From an uncultured Chloroflexia bacterium (lineage in GTDB: Bacteria > Chloroflexota > Anaerolineae > Anaerolineales > Anaerolineaceae), in contig CAVZGM010000003.1 of the NCBI GenBank assembly GCA_963774925.1, positions 7,916 to 71,915 of the forward strand: DNA of 64,000 bases, read 5' to 3'. Shown piece after piece: positions 10,308 through 19,691 of this stretch. Numbering within the stretch: position 1 is the stretch's first letter; each line of letters opens with the position of its first letter. Below the pieces are notes generated by a model, which worked only from the letters and a program-made list of their open reading frames with translations, was not told where the DNA came from and ran no database searches. Made by a program: the position numbers and the translations under genes.

Positions 10308-12470
10308 ATGATGAGAGTACTAAGTATGATATTGTTATGTTTTTGCCTTACAGCATGGTCTATTGCTTATGCACAGGAAGATTCTACTGATTCAACAATG
10401 GAATCTGAAAAAAAGGAGAATGTTGCTTCACTCGATAGCGAGAAAATTCCTGAAATAGTAATTAAAAAGAAAAGAATGGAGGACGTAAGTCGCAACGTGC
10501 CAAATACAAAGTCAGTCATATCCTCTCGACAGGCAGAAAACATCCAGACTTCTCGAACACTACCCGAAGCTTTGAAAGAAACAACATCAGTAATGATTCA
10601 GAAGACTTCTAATGGTCAGGGGTCACCGTACATACGGGGTTTTACCGGTTTTAGAACCTTGCTTCTTATAGATGGGATACGTCTCAATAATTCAGTCTTT
10701 CGCGAGGGTCCGAACCAGTACTGGAATACAGTTGATCTTTTTACTGCCGACCATATGGAGGTGTTTAAGGGTCCATGCTCGGTTCTCTATGGTTCTGACG
10801 CAATAGGGGGCACAGTAAACGTCTTCACAAAAGATTGGAATCCTTTTGCAGAAGAGAGTGCATGGGGAGGAAGATTCTATTTCAGAGGGGCAAGTGCAGA
10901 AGAATCGTTAATAGGAAGAAGTGAGTTTGGAGGTAACATAGATAAACTTGGGATTCTTGCCGGATTGACCTTCAAAGATTTTGGCGACATACAAGCTGGC
11001 GGCGACCTTGGCGAGTTGCCAAAAACAGGTTATGACGAAAGGGACGGCGACCTTAAGCTTTTTTATGCTTTATCACCGGACAGCGAATTGTTATTTGCTT
11101 ATCAGAATGTAGAAATTGACGATGCATGGCGTACCCATTCAACTATCTTCAGTAAAAGTTGGGAAGGCACATCTGTTGGAACTGATAAGGAGCGAATCCT
11201 CGACCAAGACAGAGAATTGACATATCTTCAATATCACTCGCGCAACATGGATAGCTTCATTGATTCAATGATTTTAAGCCTTTCATATCAGACTCAGGAG
11301 GAGACCCAGCATCGTGTGCGCAAGGATGACCGAAGTGACAACTCCGGTTTTGATGTGGGGACAACAGGTTTGTCGGCTCAATTTGATAGCTCAAGTCCCA
11401 TAGGGAAACTAACATACGGCACAGAATATTACCGTGATAATATAGACTCCTTTACTGACAATTTCAATCCGGATGGTTCTTTCAAAGGGAGCGAAATACA
11501 GGGTCCGGTCGCCGATGATTCAGAATACAGTATATTTGGAACTTATATTCAGGATCAGATAACCATCACCGACGATCTCGATATCTTCTTGGGATTGCGT
11601 TATACTTTTGCATCGGCAGATGCAGAAAAAATCAAAGATCCTATTACCGGAGATCAGTTTTCATTTGAAGATGATTGGGACAATTTCGTGGGCAGTGCAC
11701 GTTTCGTTCAAAAGCTTGATGATGGGGATCATTGGAGACTATTCGCCGGCATCTCTCAAGGTTTCAGAGCGCCAAACCTTTCCGATCTTACCAGACTTGA
11801 TACTGCCCGAACGAACGAGATTGAAACACCTTCGACTGATCTTGAGCCGGAGCAATTCGTTTCTTATGAGATTGGTCTAAATGCTATGCACCCAAAATGG
11901 TCAGGAGAGATGTCTTATTATTACACAGACATCAATGATATGATAAATCGAACTCCGACCGGTAGAATCATTGACGGTGATAATGAAGTGACTAAGGAGA
12001 ATACCGGTGATGGTTATATACATGGCATTGAAGTATCTGCCAACCGACAGATATATACCAAATTCTCCGTTTTCGGAAGTCTTGCATGGCAGGATGGCGA
12101 AGTTGAAGATTATCCGACTTCTGAACGCGTCCTTGTCGAAGAACCTATTAGCCGTCTTATGCCTCTCTCAGGTAACATAGGAGTCAGATGGAATGATTTC
12201 GAAAAGAATTACTGGATTGAAACTTTCTGCACTATAGCTGATGAACAGGATGACCTTTCGGCAGCCGATAAAGAAGATACAAGCAGAATTCCCCCGGGAG
12301 GAACACCAGGATATACCGTTGCCACAATCAGGGGTGGATGGGATATCCGGCGCAACTTGACCGTTTCCGCCGCGATAGAAAATATTACCGATGAAGCATA
12401 TCGCATACATGGCTCGGGTCAAAATGAGCCTGGAAGAAATTTCATTCTCTCTCTCGACTGGAGATTCTAA
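10308..12470 (+). CDS. TonB-dependent outer-membrane receptor
   Basis: Signal peptide, plug motifs (GSPYIRGF, DGIRLN, VLYGSDAIGGTVNV) and C-terminal ...LSLDWRF. Intact 720 aa. Confidence 0.9.
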   Translation: MMRVLSMILLCFCLTAWSIAYAQEDSTDSTMESEKKENVASLDSEKIPEIVIKKKRMEDVSRNVPNTKSVISSRQAENIQTSRTLPEALKETTSVMIQKTSNGQGSPYIRGFTGFRTLLLIDGIRLNNSVFREGPNQYWNTVDLFTADHMEVFKGPCSVLYGSDAIGGTVNVFTKDWNPFAEESAWGGRFYFRGASAEESLIGRSEFGGNIDKLGILAGLTFKDFGDIQAGGDLGELPKTGYDERDGDLKLFYALSPDSELLFAYQNVEIDDAWRTHSTIFSKSWEGTSVGTDKERILDQDRELTYLQYHSRNMDSFIDSMILSLSYQTQEETQHRVRKDDRSDNSGFDVGTTGLSAQFDSSSPIGKLTYGTEYYRDNIDSFTDNFNPDGSFKGSEIQGPVADDSEYSIFGTYIQDQITITDDLDIFLGLRYTFASADAEKIKDPITGDQFSFEDDWDNFVGSARFVQKLDDGDHWRLFAGISQGFRAPNLSDLTRLDTARTNEIETPSTDLEPEQFVSYEIGLNAMHPKWSGEMSYYYTDINDMINRTPTGRIIDGDNEVTKENTGDGYIHGIEVSANRQIYTKFSVFGSLAWQDGEVEDYPTSERVLVEEPISRLMPLSGNIGVRWNDFEKNYWIETFCTIADEQDDLSAADKEDTSRIPPGGTPGYTVATIRGGWDIRRNLTVSAAIENITDEAYRIHGSGQNEPGRNFILSLDWRF

Positions 12471-12492
12471 CAGGCAATCTGAAGCAGAAAAA

Positions 12493-12525
12493 AGCAACCT
12501 TTCGGCATCGAAAGGTTGCTTTTTC
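12493..12525. terminator. Rho-independent terminator between the receptor gene and the convergent gene remnant
   Basis: agcaacctttcg-gcat-cgaaaggttgct 12-bp stem with flanking A and T runs. Confidence 0.7.
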
Positions 12526-12535
12526 ATTTTGAGAT

Positions 12536-12795
12536 CTATTTATAATCCTCGTAACCCTGATTTAGCGCAAGGAGTGCATATGTGGTCACAAGTACTTTGT
12601 CCGTTTCAAACCAGCGGTCGGATTCATTAATCCAGTAACCCTCTTTGTTTTGGCATTCGAGAAGTGTCTGTGCGAGTTCCCTATACCAGTCGTGCTTGAC
12701 GCCCTTTTCATCTTTTAAAATTTTCTCGCCATAAGCCGCAAGCGCCTTTGCCATCGTCTGGTAACTATAAAAAAGTCCTTGCCGTTTCCGGTCAG
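12536..12795 (-). pseudogene. C-terminal remnant of a prenyltransferase/squalene-oxidase-repeat (terpene cyclase-like) protein, N-terminus missing
   Basis: ...GLFYSYQTMAKALAAYGE...QNKEGYWINESDRWFETDKVLVTTYALLALN resembles the last repeats of this family. It forms the tail of chimeric ORF 12536-13297. Confidence 0.5.
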
Positions 12796-13297
12796 GCATG
12801 ATGATCGCCTGGATCTTGGGCGCCATGGAGCCCTTGGCAAAGTGAATGCCTTCCGCCAGGTAGGCTTTGGCTTCGGAAAGGGTCATCTTATCGAGCCATT
12901 TCTGGTTCGGTTTGCCAAAATTGATGGCAATTTTTTCAACAGCGGTCGAAATGATGAACAGGTCCGCGTTGATCAACCTGGCCAGCAGGCTGGATGCGTA
13001 ATCCTTGTCAATCACAGCGGCAGTACCGATGCAGCCGCCTTTGCCGTCATCGATGACGGGGATGCCGCCGCCACCGACCGTGATCACAACCACGCCGGCT
13101 TCGATCAAAGCGTGAACGGATTCGATCTCAACGACTTCCATCGGGATGGGAGAAGCCGACCACACGGCGCCAGCCGCGGCCGGAATCCTCAACGATATTC
13201 CAGCCCATTTCCTTTTCACGCTTCTTGGCTTCCGCTTCATCCATGAACCCGCCGATGGGTTTGGTGGGGTTTTGGAATGCCTTGTCGTTTTTGTCAA
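12796..13297 (-). CDS. arcC: Carbamate kinase, central part, truncated at its C-terminus by the composition junction
   Basis: VVITVGGGGIPV...AVIDKDYASSLLA...FAKGSMAPKIQAI. The last ~30 aa expected for the family are absent and replaced by unrelated sequence. Confidence 0.8.
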
Positions 13298-13655
13298 CCT
13301 TTACCTGGGTAACAACCGTAGCAACGGATTTCTTGATCCCGCGGCGGACCAGTTCGTTTTGCAGGGTTTGCTGGATGGCGTACCCGATTGCGCCCTGGCT
13401 GTCCGCGCCGCAGACATCCAAGGGAACCTCATGCATGCCTTCGTACTTCGCTGCGATTTCCGACCGGCGCAGGATGAACCCGACCTGGGGGCCATTGCCA
13501 TGACCGACCGCCACATCCCAGCCCGCTTCGATCATGTCCGCGATATGCTTGGAGGTTTCTGCCGCGGCGATGTACTGATCCTCAACAGTGACCTTCTTGG
13601 GGTCCAGGATGAGGGAATTGCCGCCTATTGCCACTACTGCCAATTTCTTTGCCAT
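13128..13655 (-). CDS. arcC: Carbamate kinase, N-terminal piece
   Basis: AIGGNSL and GHGNGPQVG motifs. Frame break near 13150-13180 (GRGWRRVV...). Confidence 0.85.
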   Translation of the reverse strand: MAKKLAVVAIGGNSLILDPKKVTVEDQYIAAAETSKHIADMIEAGWDVAVGHGNGPQVGFILRRSEIAAKYEGMHEVPLDVCGADSQGAIGYAIQQTLQNELVRRGIKKSVATVVTQVKVDKNDKAFQNPTKPIGGFMDEAEAKKREKEMGWNIVEDSGRGWRRVVGFSHPDGSR

Positions 13656-13683
13656 ATTTCTATCCTTTACGTTTTTAATAGGT

Positions 13684-14664
13684 TTAGCTCATCGTCAAAG
13701 CCATGACCGCTTCCTGCACGTGCATGCGGTTTTCGGCTTCGTCGTATACCACTGATTGGGGACCATCCATCACACCATCGGTTACTTCGATATTGCGGTC
13801 TGCCGGCAGCGGATGCATGTAGATCGCGTCCGGTTTCGCCAGTTTCATGCGGCGTTCGTCGGTGATCCAGCTCTCGTATTTCTTGATGATCTTCGCGCCT
13901 TCCTCGGGATCCGGGGTATGCACCATCGCGCCCCAGGATTTGGCGTAGATAACGTCCGCGTCCTTGAAAGCCGCGTCCATGTCGTCCATCACCTCAAAGC
14001 CAACGCCGAACTTGCGCGCCTGTTCATGCGCCTGGTCCATGATCTCTGGCATGAGCTTAAACTCTGGCGGGTGCGCCAGCACCACGTCCATGCCGAAGCG
14101 CGGCATCTGCAGGATCAATGATTGCGGAACCGACATCGGCTTCTGATAGGAAGCCGCGTACGCCCAGGAGACCACCATCTTCTTGCGACGTAAGTCCCTG
14201 CCCTTCTTCTCGACAATGGTCATCAGGTCAGCCAGGCACTGGAATGGATGGTATACATCGCATTGCATATTGAGCACCGGTACGCGCGAAGCCTTGGCGA
14301 CTTCGTTGAGATACCCATTACCCACGCCCCAATCCACGTGACGGATGGAAATGCCGTCGAAATAACGCCCGAAGATCTCTCCAATCTCCTTTGGGGTATC
14401 CCCATGCGAGATTTGGGTGGTGCGCGATTCAATAAACGCCGCGTGCCCGCCCAGGTGTGCCATGCCAGCCTCAAAAGACCCGCGCGTGCGGGTACTGCTG
14501 AAGAAGAACAACATCGCCAGCACCTTGTCCCGCAAATATGGGGTCAGCTCATTCAAGGCACGCTTCCGTTTCAGGTCGAATGCCACGTCCAGGACGGTTT
14601 CGACCTCTTCCTTCGAGAAGTCAAGGTCTCCGATCAGGTCACGTCCATGTAAAAATGTTTGCAT
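13684..14664 (-). CDS. YgeW-like carbamoyltransferase (ATC/OTC superfamily)
   Basis: SSTRTR, LNMQCDVYHPFQCLADL, KKMVVSWAYAASYQKPMSVPQS...RFGMDVVLAHP and MHPLPADR. The middle segments match my recollection of E. coli YgeW nearly motif for motif. Confidence 0.85.
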   Translation of the reverse strand: MQTFLHGRDLIGDLDFSKEEVETVLDVAFDLKRKRALNELTPYLRDKVLAMLFFFSSTRTRGSFEAGMAHLGGHAAFIESRTTQISHGDTPKEIGEIFGRYFDGISIRHVDWGVGNGYLNEVAKASRVPVLNMQCDVYHPFQCLADLMTIVEKKGRDLRRKKMVVSWAYAASYQKPMSVPQSLILQMPRFGMDVVLAHPPEFKLMPEIMDQAHEQARKFGVGFEVMDDMDAAFKDADVIYAKSWGAMVHTPDPEEGAKIIKKYESWITDERRMKLAKPDAIYMHPLPADRNIEVTDGVMDGPQSVVYDEAENRMHVQEAVMALTMS

Positions 14665-14676
14665 ACTTCCTCCAAT

Positions 14677-15627
14677 TTATTCCATTTTTCCAAGCACAAG
14701 CGCGAGCAGAGCCATGCGCATGACAACACCGTTGAAAGCCTCCTGCCAGTAACGCGACCAGCGGGTGATGTCCACATCGGTCGGGATCTCATCCATTCGC
14801 GGCAGCGAGTGCAGCAGGATCGCATCTGATTTGGCTTTCGTGGAGAGCAGTTCCCGGGTGATCTTGTAATTGTCCGGGGTCATACCGTGGTCGCCAGCTT
14901 CCTGGCGGCTTTTCGTGTAATCCGGTTGAACCACAGGCTCCACCAGGATGACATCCGCCTTCGCGATGACCTGTTCCACATGTTCAGCCTCAGAGAAGTT
15001 CACATTATACCGCTTTAAGTCCTCCTTGAATTCGGGGGTCAGGGACATGTCCGGCGGCGCGACAAAAGTGATCGGGCAGTCGAATTGCGAAAGCGCGTAC
15101 CCCAGCGAGTGCATCGTGCGCATGCGCATGTCGCCCACCGCCAGCCAGGTGAGCCCATCGATCGTTCCCTTTTCGCTCAGCACGGTATACAGGTCGGTCA
15201 GGATCTGGGTCGGGTGCTCCCCCCAGCCGTCACCGCCGTTGATCACCGGGATCGAAGCCCATTTGGCGGCTTCGTGTGGCGCGCCCTGCTGGAAATGGCG
15301 CATGACAATCACATCGCCATAGTACTCCAGCATCTTCACGGTGTCCTTGATCGATTCCTGGTAGAAATCCCCCGCCCGAGTCATCTTGGCGTCCGCGAAA
15401 CCTGTCACGTGTCCGCCAAGGCGGTGCATGGCTGCCTCATGCGCCAGGCGCGTGCGGGTGCTGGGCTGGTAGAAAGCAGTCACCAGGGTTTTTTCTGCCA
15501 ACAGGTCTGTATTCCTGCGGCTCTTGGCGATCGGAGCCATTTCATCGCAGACCTCAAATACATGAAAGAACTCTTCGCGTTCAAAATCCTTTAGAGAAAG
15601 GATATCTTTTCCTGCAAAGCTGCGCAT
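14677..15627 (-). CDS. Aspartate-carbamoyltransferase-like protein with atypical second-substrate motifs
   Basis: STRTR, MRH, GEHPTQ and HSLPR motifs. ATG at 15627 is preceded by an aggagg RBS (the ORF track starts further upstream at 15669). Confidence 0.8.
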   Translation of the reverse strand: MRSFAGKDILSLKDFEREEFFHVFEVCDEMAPIAKSRRNTDLLAEKTLVTAFYQPSTRTRLAHEAAMHRLGGHVTGFADAKMTRAGDFYQESIKDTVKMLEYYGDVIVMRHFQQGAPHEAAKWASIPVINGGDGWGEHPTQILTDLYTVLSEKGTIDGLTWLAVGDMRMRTMHSLGYALSQFDCPITFVAPPDMSLTPEFKEDLKRYNVNFSEAEHVEQVIAKADVILVEPVVQPDYTKSRQEAGDHGMTPDNYKITRELLSTKAKSDAILLHSLPRMDEIPTDVDITRWSRYWQEAFNGVVMRMALLALVLGKME

Positions 15628-15706
15628 TTGATTCCTCCTATGATCTGAATGAAAAACTGCAGTGCCCAACCATTGATCCAGGAACCTCCTTCGGCTTGCC
15701 TAAGGC

Positions 15707-16462
15707 TTATCGATCACTTGCTGCCACCTTCCGGACCACATGAAAACGGAAATAGCCCGGAAGAAAATAACTCAATGAAAAATCAACGATCTTCCCCAGG
15801 TCGCTGTACAACCTGGCGGAAAACATCAGCAGAACGTCTCCTCGTTGGATCTCGAGCATCTTGGCGATATCCGCTGGCGCGGCAACCGCGTGAATATCGG
15901 TGAAGGATTTCAACAAGGTGGGAGTTCCCCTCTTCTGAATGAAGTCCAGCACAGACCCATTGAATCCGGCTTTCAGGTCATCCTGCGAAAGGGCATCCGG
16001 CGGGAGAATATCCACCAGGTAAGCCACCGGGCGCTTGTCCGCGTAGATTACTCTGGAGACCTTCACCAGCCTGGAATTCTCCTCGACCTGCAGCTTTTCA
16101 GACAACTCGGGGGTGGTGAGCATATCGGCGATTTCCAGCGCCCCCATCGAAACCCCCAGCCCGATGCGGTGCGCCAGCCGTTCAATGCTCTCCAGCACCT
16201 CCAGCCCGCTCTCGATCACCTTGGATTGCGGGAGCACGAAGGTGCCGATCCCCTGCCTTCTGCGGATGAGCCCCTGGGCTTCAAAGGTGCGCATGCCCTC
16301 GCGAAGGGTTGCGCGGGAGACCCCCAGCGTTTTTGCCAGAGCGGGTTCCGAGGGCAGTTTTTCCCCGGTCGGTGTGCTTGCGATAAGCTGCGCCAATTCA
16401 CCCTGCAGCCTCTGAAAGGGATGTTGCCCATTGGTCTTGATTAAACCTAAATCAGTACTCAT
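15707..16462 (-). CDS. GntR-family (HutC/UTRA-type) transcriptional regulator
   Basis: N-terminal w[44 protein letters not shown] plus an UTRA-like C-terminal half. Confidence 0.85.
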   Translation of the reverse strand: MSTDLGLIKTNGQHPFQRLQGELAQLIASTPTGEKLPSEPALAKTLGVSRATLREGMRTFEAQGLIRRRQGIGTFVLPQSKVIESGLEVLESIERLAHRIGLGVSMGALEIADMLTTPELSEKLQVEENSRLVKVSRVIYADKRPVAYLVDILPPDALSQDDLKAGFNGSVLDFIQKRGTPTLLKSFTDIHAVAAPADIAKMLEIQRGDVLLMFSARLYSDLGKIVDFSLSYFLPGYFRFHVVRKVAASDR

Positions 16463-16471
16463 TGATAAACG

Positions 16472-17605
16472 TTAATCCTCGATCGTTTCTAATAATGGGA
16501 TGAAATCAAAGCGGTTCACATCCACCAGCCCCAGGTCGGAGATGCGCAATTCCGGGATCACCACCAGACCCATCAGGCTGACCTGCATGTTGGGGTTGTG
16601 GAGCTTGCAGCCGCATTTTTCGTATGCCTTCAGCAATTCGCGCGATAGTTCCGCCACCACCACCGCCGGTTCAGTGGACATGATCCCGCCAATCTGCAGG
16701 CGGACTTCCGCCAGTACCTTGCCTTGCGATACCACCACCTGACCCCCGCCGATGGCGGCCAGGTGGTTGGCTGCGAATGCCATATCCTCATCGTCCGTTC
16801 CAACCACCACCAGTTGGTGGCTGTCATGTGCCATCGTAGTGGCAACCGCGCAAGACACGTTGAACCCGAATCCCTGCACCAGCCCCATCTGGATCCTGCC
16901 GGTGCTTTGATGGCGTTCGACCAGTGCGATCTTTGCCAGGTCACGCGCCAGCTCCTGCCGAACCTGCCCGTCCTGCACCACGAGCTCGAGGACAAGATGC
17001 CGGGTTGGCGCCTGGTTTTCAATGACCCCGATCACGTGGGCGCGGACCTTCCTGGCAGTTCCAGCCGGAATCACCAAGTCAGCCGCGGTCAGCGTATGGC
17101 TGAGGTGAACAGAATCCAATGCCCACAACGGGTACTCGCGTTTGGGCAGGTCAACCAGCACCTCGCCCTTGCGCACCACTTCCTTGCCCTTTGCGATCAC
17201 CACCTCGGGTCGAAAATCATTCAGATCCTCGACGATCAGAATATCTCCGAAGCGCCCCGGGGCGATCAAGCCAATCTCCCTCGAGACACCAAAATGTTCG
17301 GCGGTGTTGATCGTCGACATCTGGATGGCGGTCATCGGGTCAAGCCCCAGCGAAATGGCGTGCCGCACCGCCCTGTCCATGTGCCCTTCATATACAAGCG
17401 TCTCCGCCTGCAGGTCATCGGTGCACAGCAGGAAGCTCCGCGGCGACAACCCCTGCTCCATCACCGCCTTCACCTGCTCTTCCACGTCCAGCCAGGCGGA
17501 CCCGTAGCGCATCATTACCTTCATCCCCTGCCGGGCGCGCATGACCGCGTCGCCGGTGGCGCGTGCCCTCGTGGTCATCCTGCGGACCGCCGACCACGTA
17601 TCCAT
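16472..17605 (-). CDS. ade: Adenine deaminase-like amidohydrolase, C-terminal piece
   Basis: Long C-terminal domain typical of adenine deaminases (...HDSHQLVVVGTDD..., ...GGGQVVV...). Frame break near 17560-17590. Confidence 0.85.
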   Translation of the reverse strand: MDTWSAVRRMTTRARATGDAVMRARQGMKVMMRYGSAWLDVEEQVKAVMEQGLSPRSFLLCTDDLQAETLVYEGHMDRAVRHAISLGLDPMTAIQMSTINTAEHFGVSREIGLIAPGRFGDILIVEDLNDFRPEVVIAKGKEVVRKGEVLVDLPKREYPLWALDSVHLSHTLTAADLVIPAGTARKVRAHVIGVIENQAPTRHLVLELVVQDGQVRQELARDLAKIALVERHQSTGRIQMGLVQGFGFNVSCAVATTMAHDSHQLVVVGTDDEDMAFAANHLAAIGGGQVVVSQGKVLAEVRLQIGGIMSTEPAVVVAELSRELLKAYEKCGCKLHNPNMQVSLMGLVVIPELRISDLGLVDVNRFDFIPLLETIED

Positions 17606-18062
17606 GGAATGGCAGTCCGAGGTCAGGCGAGGCGTAATGCCCGCCGATGACCTTGCCGGCGCGGCGCGTGGCGCTCATTTCGGCGTGCACCTTGTCATCC
17701 CCGCTGTACACGCCCGGGAAGTTCATCATCTCGCCCAGCCCGATGATGCCGGGCCAGGTCAGGGCTTCCGAAATTTCCGTGGGTCCCAGGATCGCGCCGG
17801 GAGTCTCCAGCCCGGGCGCGGAAGGGACGCAGGAAGGCACCTGCACGAACACATGGTTGGGTTGCAGCGCGGCGTCATCCACCATCAGCCGCACCCCGCG
17901 CAGCCCGAAGACGTTGGCGATCTCATGCGGGTCGATGAACATGGCGGTGGTGCCGTGCGGCAGCGCCGCGCGCACGAACTCGGTCACCGTCACCAGCCCG
18001 GATTCCACGTGCATGTGCCCGTCCAGCAGCCCGGGCACCAGGTAACTTGCCCTGCGCGTCAA
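17415..18062 (-). CDS. ade: Adenine deaminase-like amidohydrolase, middle piece
   Basis: YLVPGLLDGHMHVESG metal-binding HxH motif and FIDPHEIANV. Confidence 0.85.
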   Translation of the reverse strand: MTRRASYLVPGLLDGHMHVESGLVTVTEFVRAALPHGTTAMFIDPHEIANVFGLRGVRLMVDDAALQPNHVFVQVPSCVPSAPGLETPGAILGPTEISEALTWPGIIGLGEMMNFPGVYSGDDKVHAEMSATRRAGKVIGGHYASPDLGLPFHGYVVGGPQDDHEGTRHRRRGHARPAGDEGNDALRVRLAGRGRAGEGGDGAGVVAAELPAVHR

Positions 18063-18276
18063 TCACAATGGTCTTCTTGCCAATGGTATGGGAAGCGTCC
18101 GGTCCAACGTAGGCGATGCGCTTGGCGCGCATGGCGATATCAATATTCGGGATGATTTCCCCGGTCTGCACGCACACCCACTTGCCGTTGCGCACCACCA
18201 GGTGCGCCGGCAGCCTGCCCATGGCGCAATCCACCAGTTCCCGCGCGTTTTGGAGCCAGAAGGAGTCCATCCCCAT
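17923..18276 (-). CDS. ade: Adenine deaminase-like amidohydrolase, N-terminal piece
   Basis: N-terminal beta-sandwich part (...LVVRNGKWVCVQTGEIIPNIDIA...VIDAQGK). Frame break near 18040-18060. Confidence 0.7.
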   Translation of the reverse strand: MGMDSFWLQNARELVDCAMGRLPAHLVVRNGKWVCVQTGEIIPNIDIAMRAKRIAYVGPDASHTIGKKTIVIDAQGKLPGARAAGRAHARGIRAGDGDRVRARGAAARHHRHVHRPA

Positions 18277-18285
18277 GCTGTGTTC

Positions 18286-18657
18286 CTATCCCGCAGCCAG
18301 CCGCTGCGCAGCCTTGTTATGCAGTTCGATATGCCGCTTCAGGTCGATGCCCAGAAGCACCCCGTCGCGCACAACAGCTTTGCCGTGCACGTAATTGTTG
18401 TCCACCTTGGGGGGATTGCAGAAGACCAGCGCCGAGACCGGGTCGTGCAGCGCGCCCGCCAGGTCGAGCTGGTTCAGGTTGATGGTGATGAAATCGGCGC
18501 ATTTCCCGGGCTCGAGCGAACCGATGTCCGTCCTGCCCAGCACCGCCGCGCCGCCGCGGGTGGCGAGTTCCAGCGCCTGCCTGCCCGTCATAATTTCCCC
18601 GCCGGTCGAGGAAAGCGACGCGCCCTCCAGCCCGGCTTTCAGCCGCGCCAGCAGCAT
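18286..18657 (-). CDS. 8-oxoguanine-deaminase/SsnA-like amidohydrolase, C-terminal piece
   Basis: ...ELATRGGAAVLGR..IGSLEPGKCADFI... Continues 18639-19667 after a break near 18640-18660. Confidence 0.8.
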   Translation of the reverse strand: MLLARLKAGLEGASLSSTGGEIMTGRQALELATRGGAAVLGRTDIGSLEPGKCADFITINLNQLDLAGALHDPVSALVFCNPPKVDNNYVHGKAVVRDGVLLGIDLKRHIELHNKAAQRLAAG

Positions 18658-19667
18658 CGCCTGCCGGCTTCAGCCAGCAGGTGCGAGCCGTCGTTGCTCG
18701 CCGAGCCGTCCACCCCCAGCCCCACCTTGACGCCGTGCCGCAGGAAGGAGAGTATGGGCGCCGCGCCTGAAGCGAGCCGCATGTTCGACGAGGGGCAGTG
18801 CGCCACCCCGCAGCCTTCGCGGGCATACACCCCGATCTCCTCTTCGTTGACGTGCACCGAGTGGGCGAACCAGACGTCCTGCCCCACCCAGTCCAGCGAC
18901 TGCATGTAAGCCACCGGCGCGTGCCCGAACTTCTGGATGCAGAATTCCTCTTCATCCTGGGTCTCCGCCAGGTGCGTGTGCAAATGCACGCCGTACTTCC
19001 TGGCGAGCTTTGCGCTTTCCTTCATCAACTCCCCGGTGACGCTGAACGGCGAACAGGGCGCCAGGACGATCTGGACCATCGAGCCGGATTTTGGATCATG
19101 GTATTTCCGGATCAGCCGCTCGCTGTCCTTGAGGATGTCCTCCTCGCGGTCCACCACGCTGTCGGGCGGCAGTCCGCCCTGGCTCTCCCCCAGGCTCATC
19201 GACCCGCGCGATGCGTGCAGCCGCACGCCGATCGCCTTCGCGGCTTCGATCTCGTCATCCAGCAAGGAACCGTTCGGGAAGAGGTAAAGATGGTCTGAAG
19301 CAGTGGTGCAGCCGGAAAGCGCGAGCTCGCTCAGCGCGGTCTGCGTTGAAATGCGGATGTCCTCGGGGGTCATGCGCGCCCAGATGGGATAGAGCGTTTT
19401 CAGCCAGTTGAACAGGTTCGCGTTTTGCGCCGCCGGGATCACCCGCGTGAGCGTCTGGTAGAAATGGTGGTGCGTGTTCACTAGCCCGGGCAGGAGGATC
19501 TGCCCGCTCGCGTCCAGCACCTCGTCCGCCTCGGCGGGCAGCGCCGCGGTCGCCCCGACCTGCTCGATGAACCCGTCGCGAACAAAAAGACCCCCATCCG
19601 GGATCTCCCGGCGGGTGTCATCCATGGTGACCAGCAGTTGCGCGTGCTTGACAAGGAGTGTGCTCAT
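18639..19667 (-). CDS. 8-oxoguanine-deaminase/SsnA-like amidohydrolase, N-terminal piece
   Basis: LLPGLVNTHHHFYQTLTR, HLHTHLAET and VAHCPSSNMRLASG motifs of the guanine/8-oxoguanine/chlorohydrolase amidohydrolase branch. Confidence 0.85.
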   Translation of the reverse strand: MSTLLVKHAQLLVTMDDTRREIPDGGLFVRDGFIEQVGATAALPAEADEVLDASGQILLPGLVNTHHHFYQTLTRVIPAAQNANLFNWLKTLYPIWARMTPEDIRISTQTALSELALSGCTTASDHLYLFPNGSLLDDEIEAAKAIGVRLHASRGSMSLGESQGGLPPDSVVDREEDILKDSERLIRKYHDPKSGSMVQIVLAPCSPFSVTGELMKESAKLARKYGVHLHTHLAETQDEEEFCIQKFGHAPVAYMQSLDWVGQDVWFAHSVHVNEEEIGVYAREGCGVAHCPSSNMRLASGAAPILSFLRHGVKVGLGVDGSASNDGSHLLAEAGRRCCWRG

Positions 19668-19691
19668 AGAGAACCTCAGCAGATAGAGATG

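Noticed and set aside
12536-13297. Natural fusion protein of carbamate kinase and a prenyltransferase-repeat domain
   Set aside because: Both moieties are truncated exactly at the join, and base composition and gene content change there. With no stop codon in the way, an in-frame join can arise by chance. I treat it as an assembly chimera pending read evidence.
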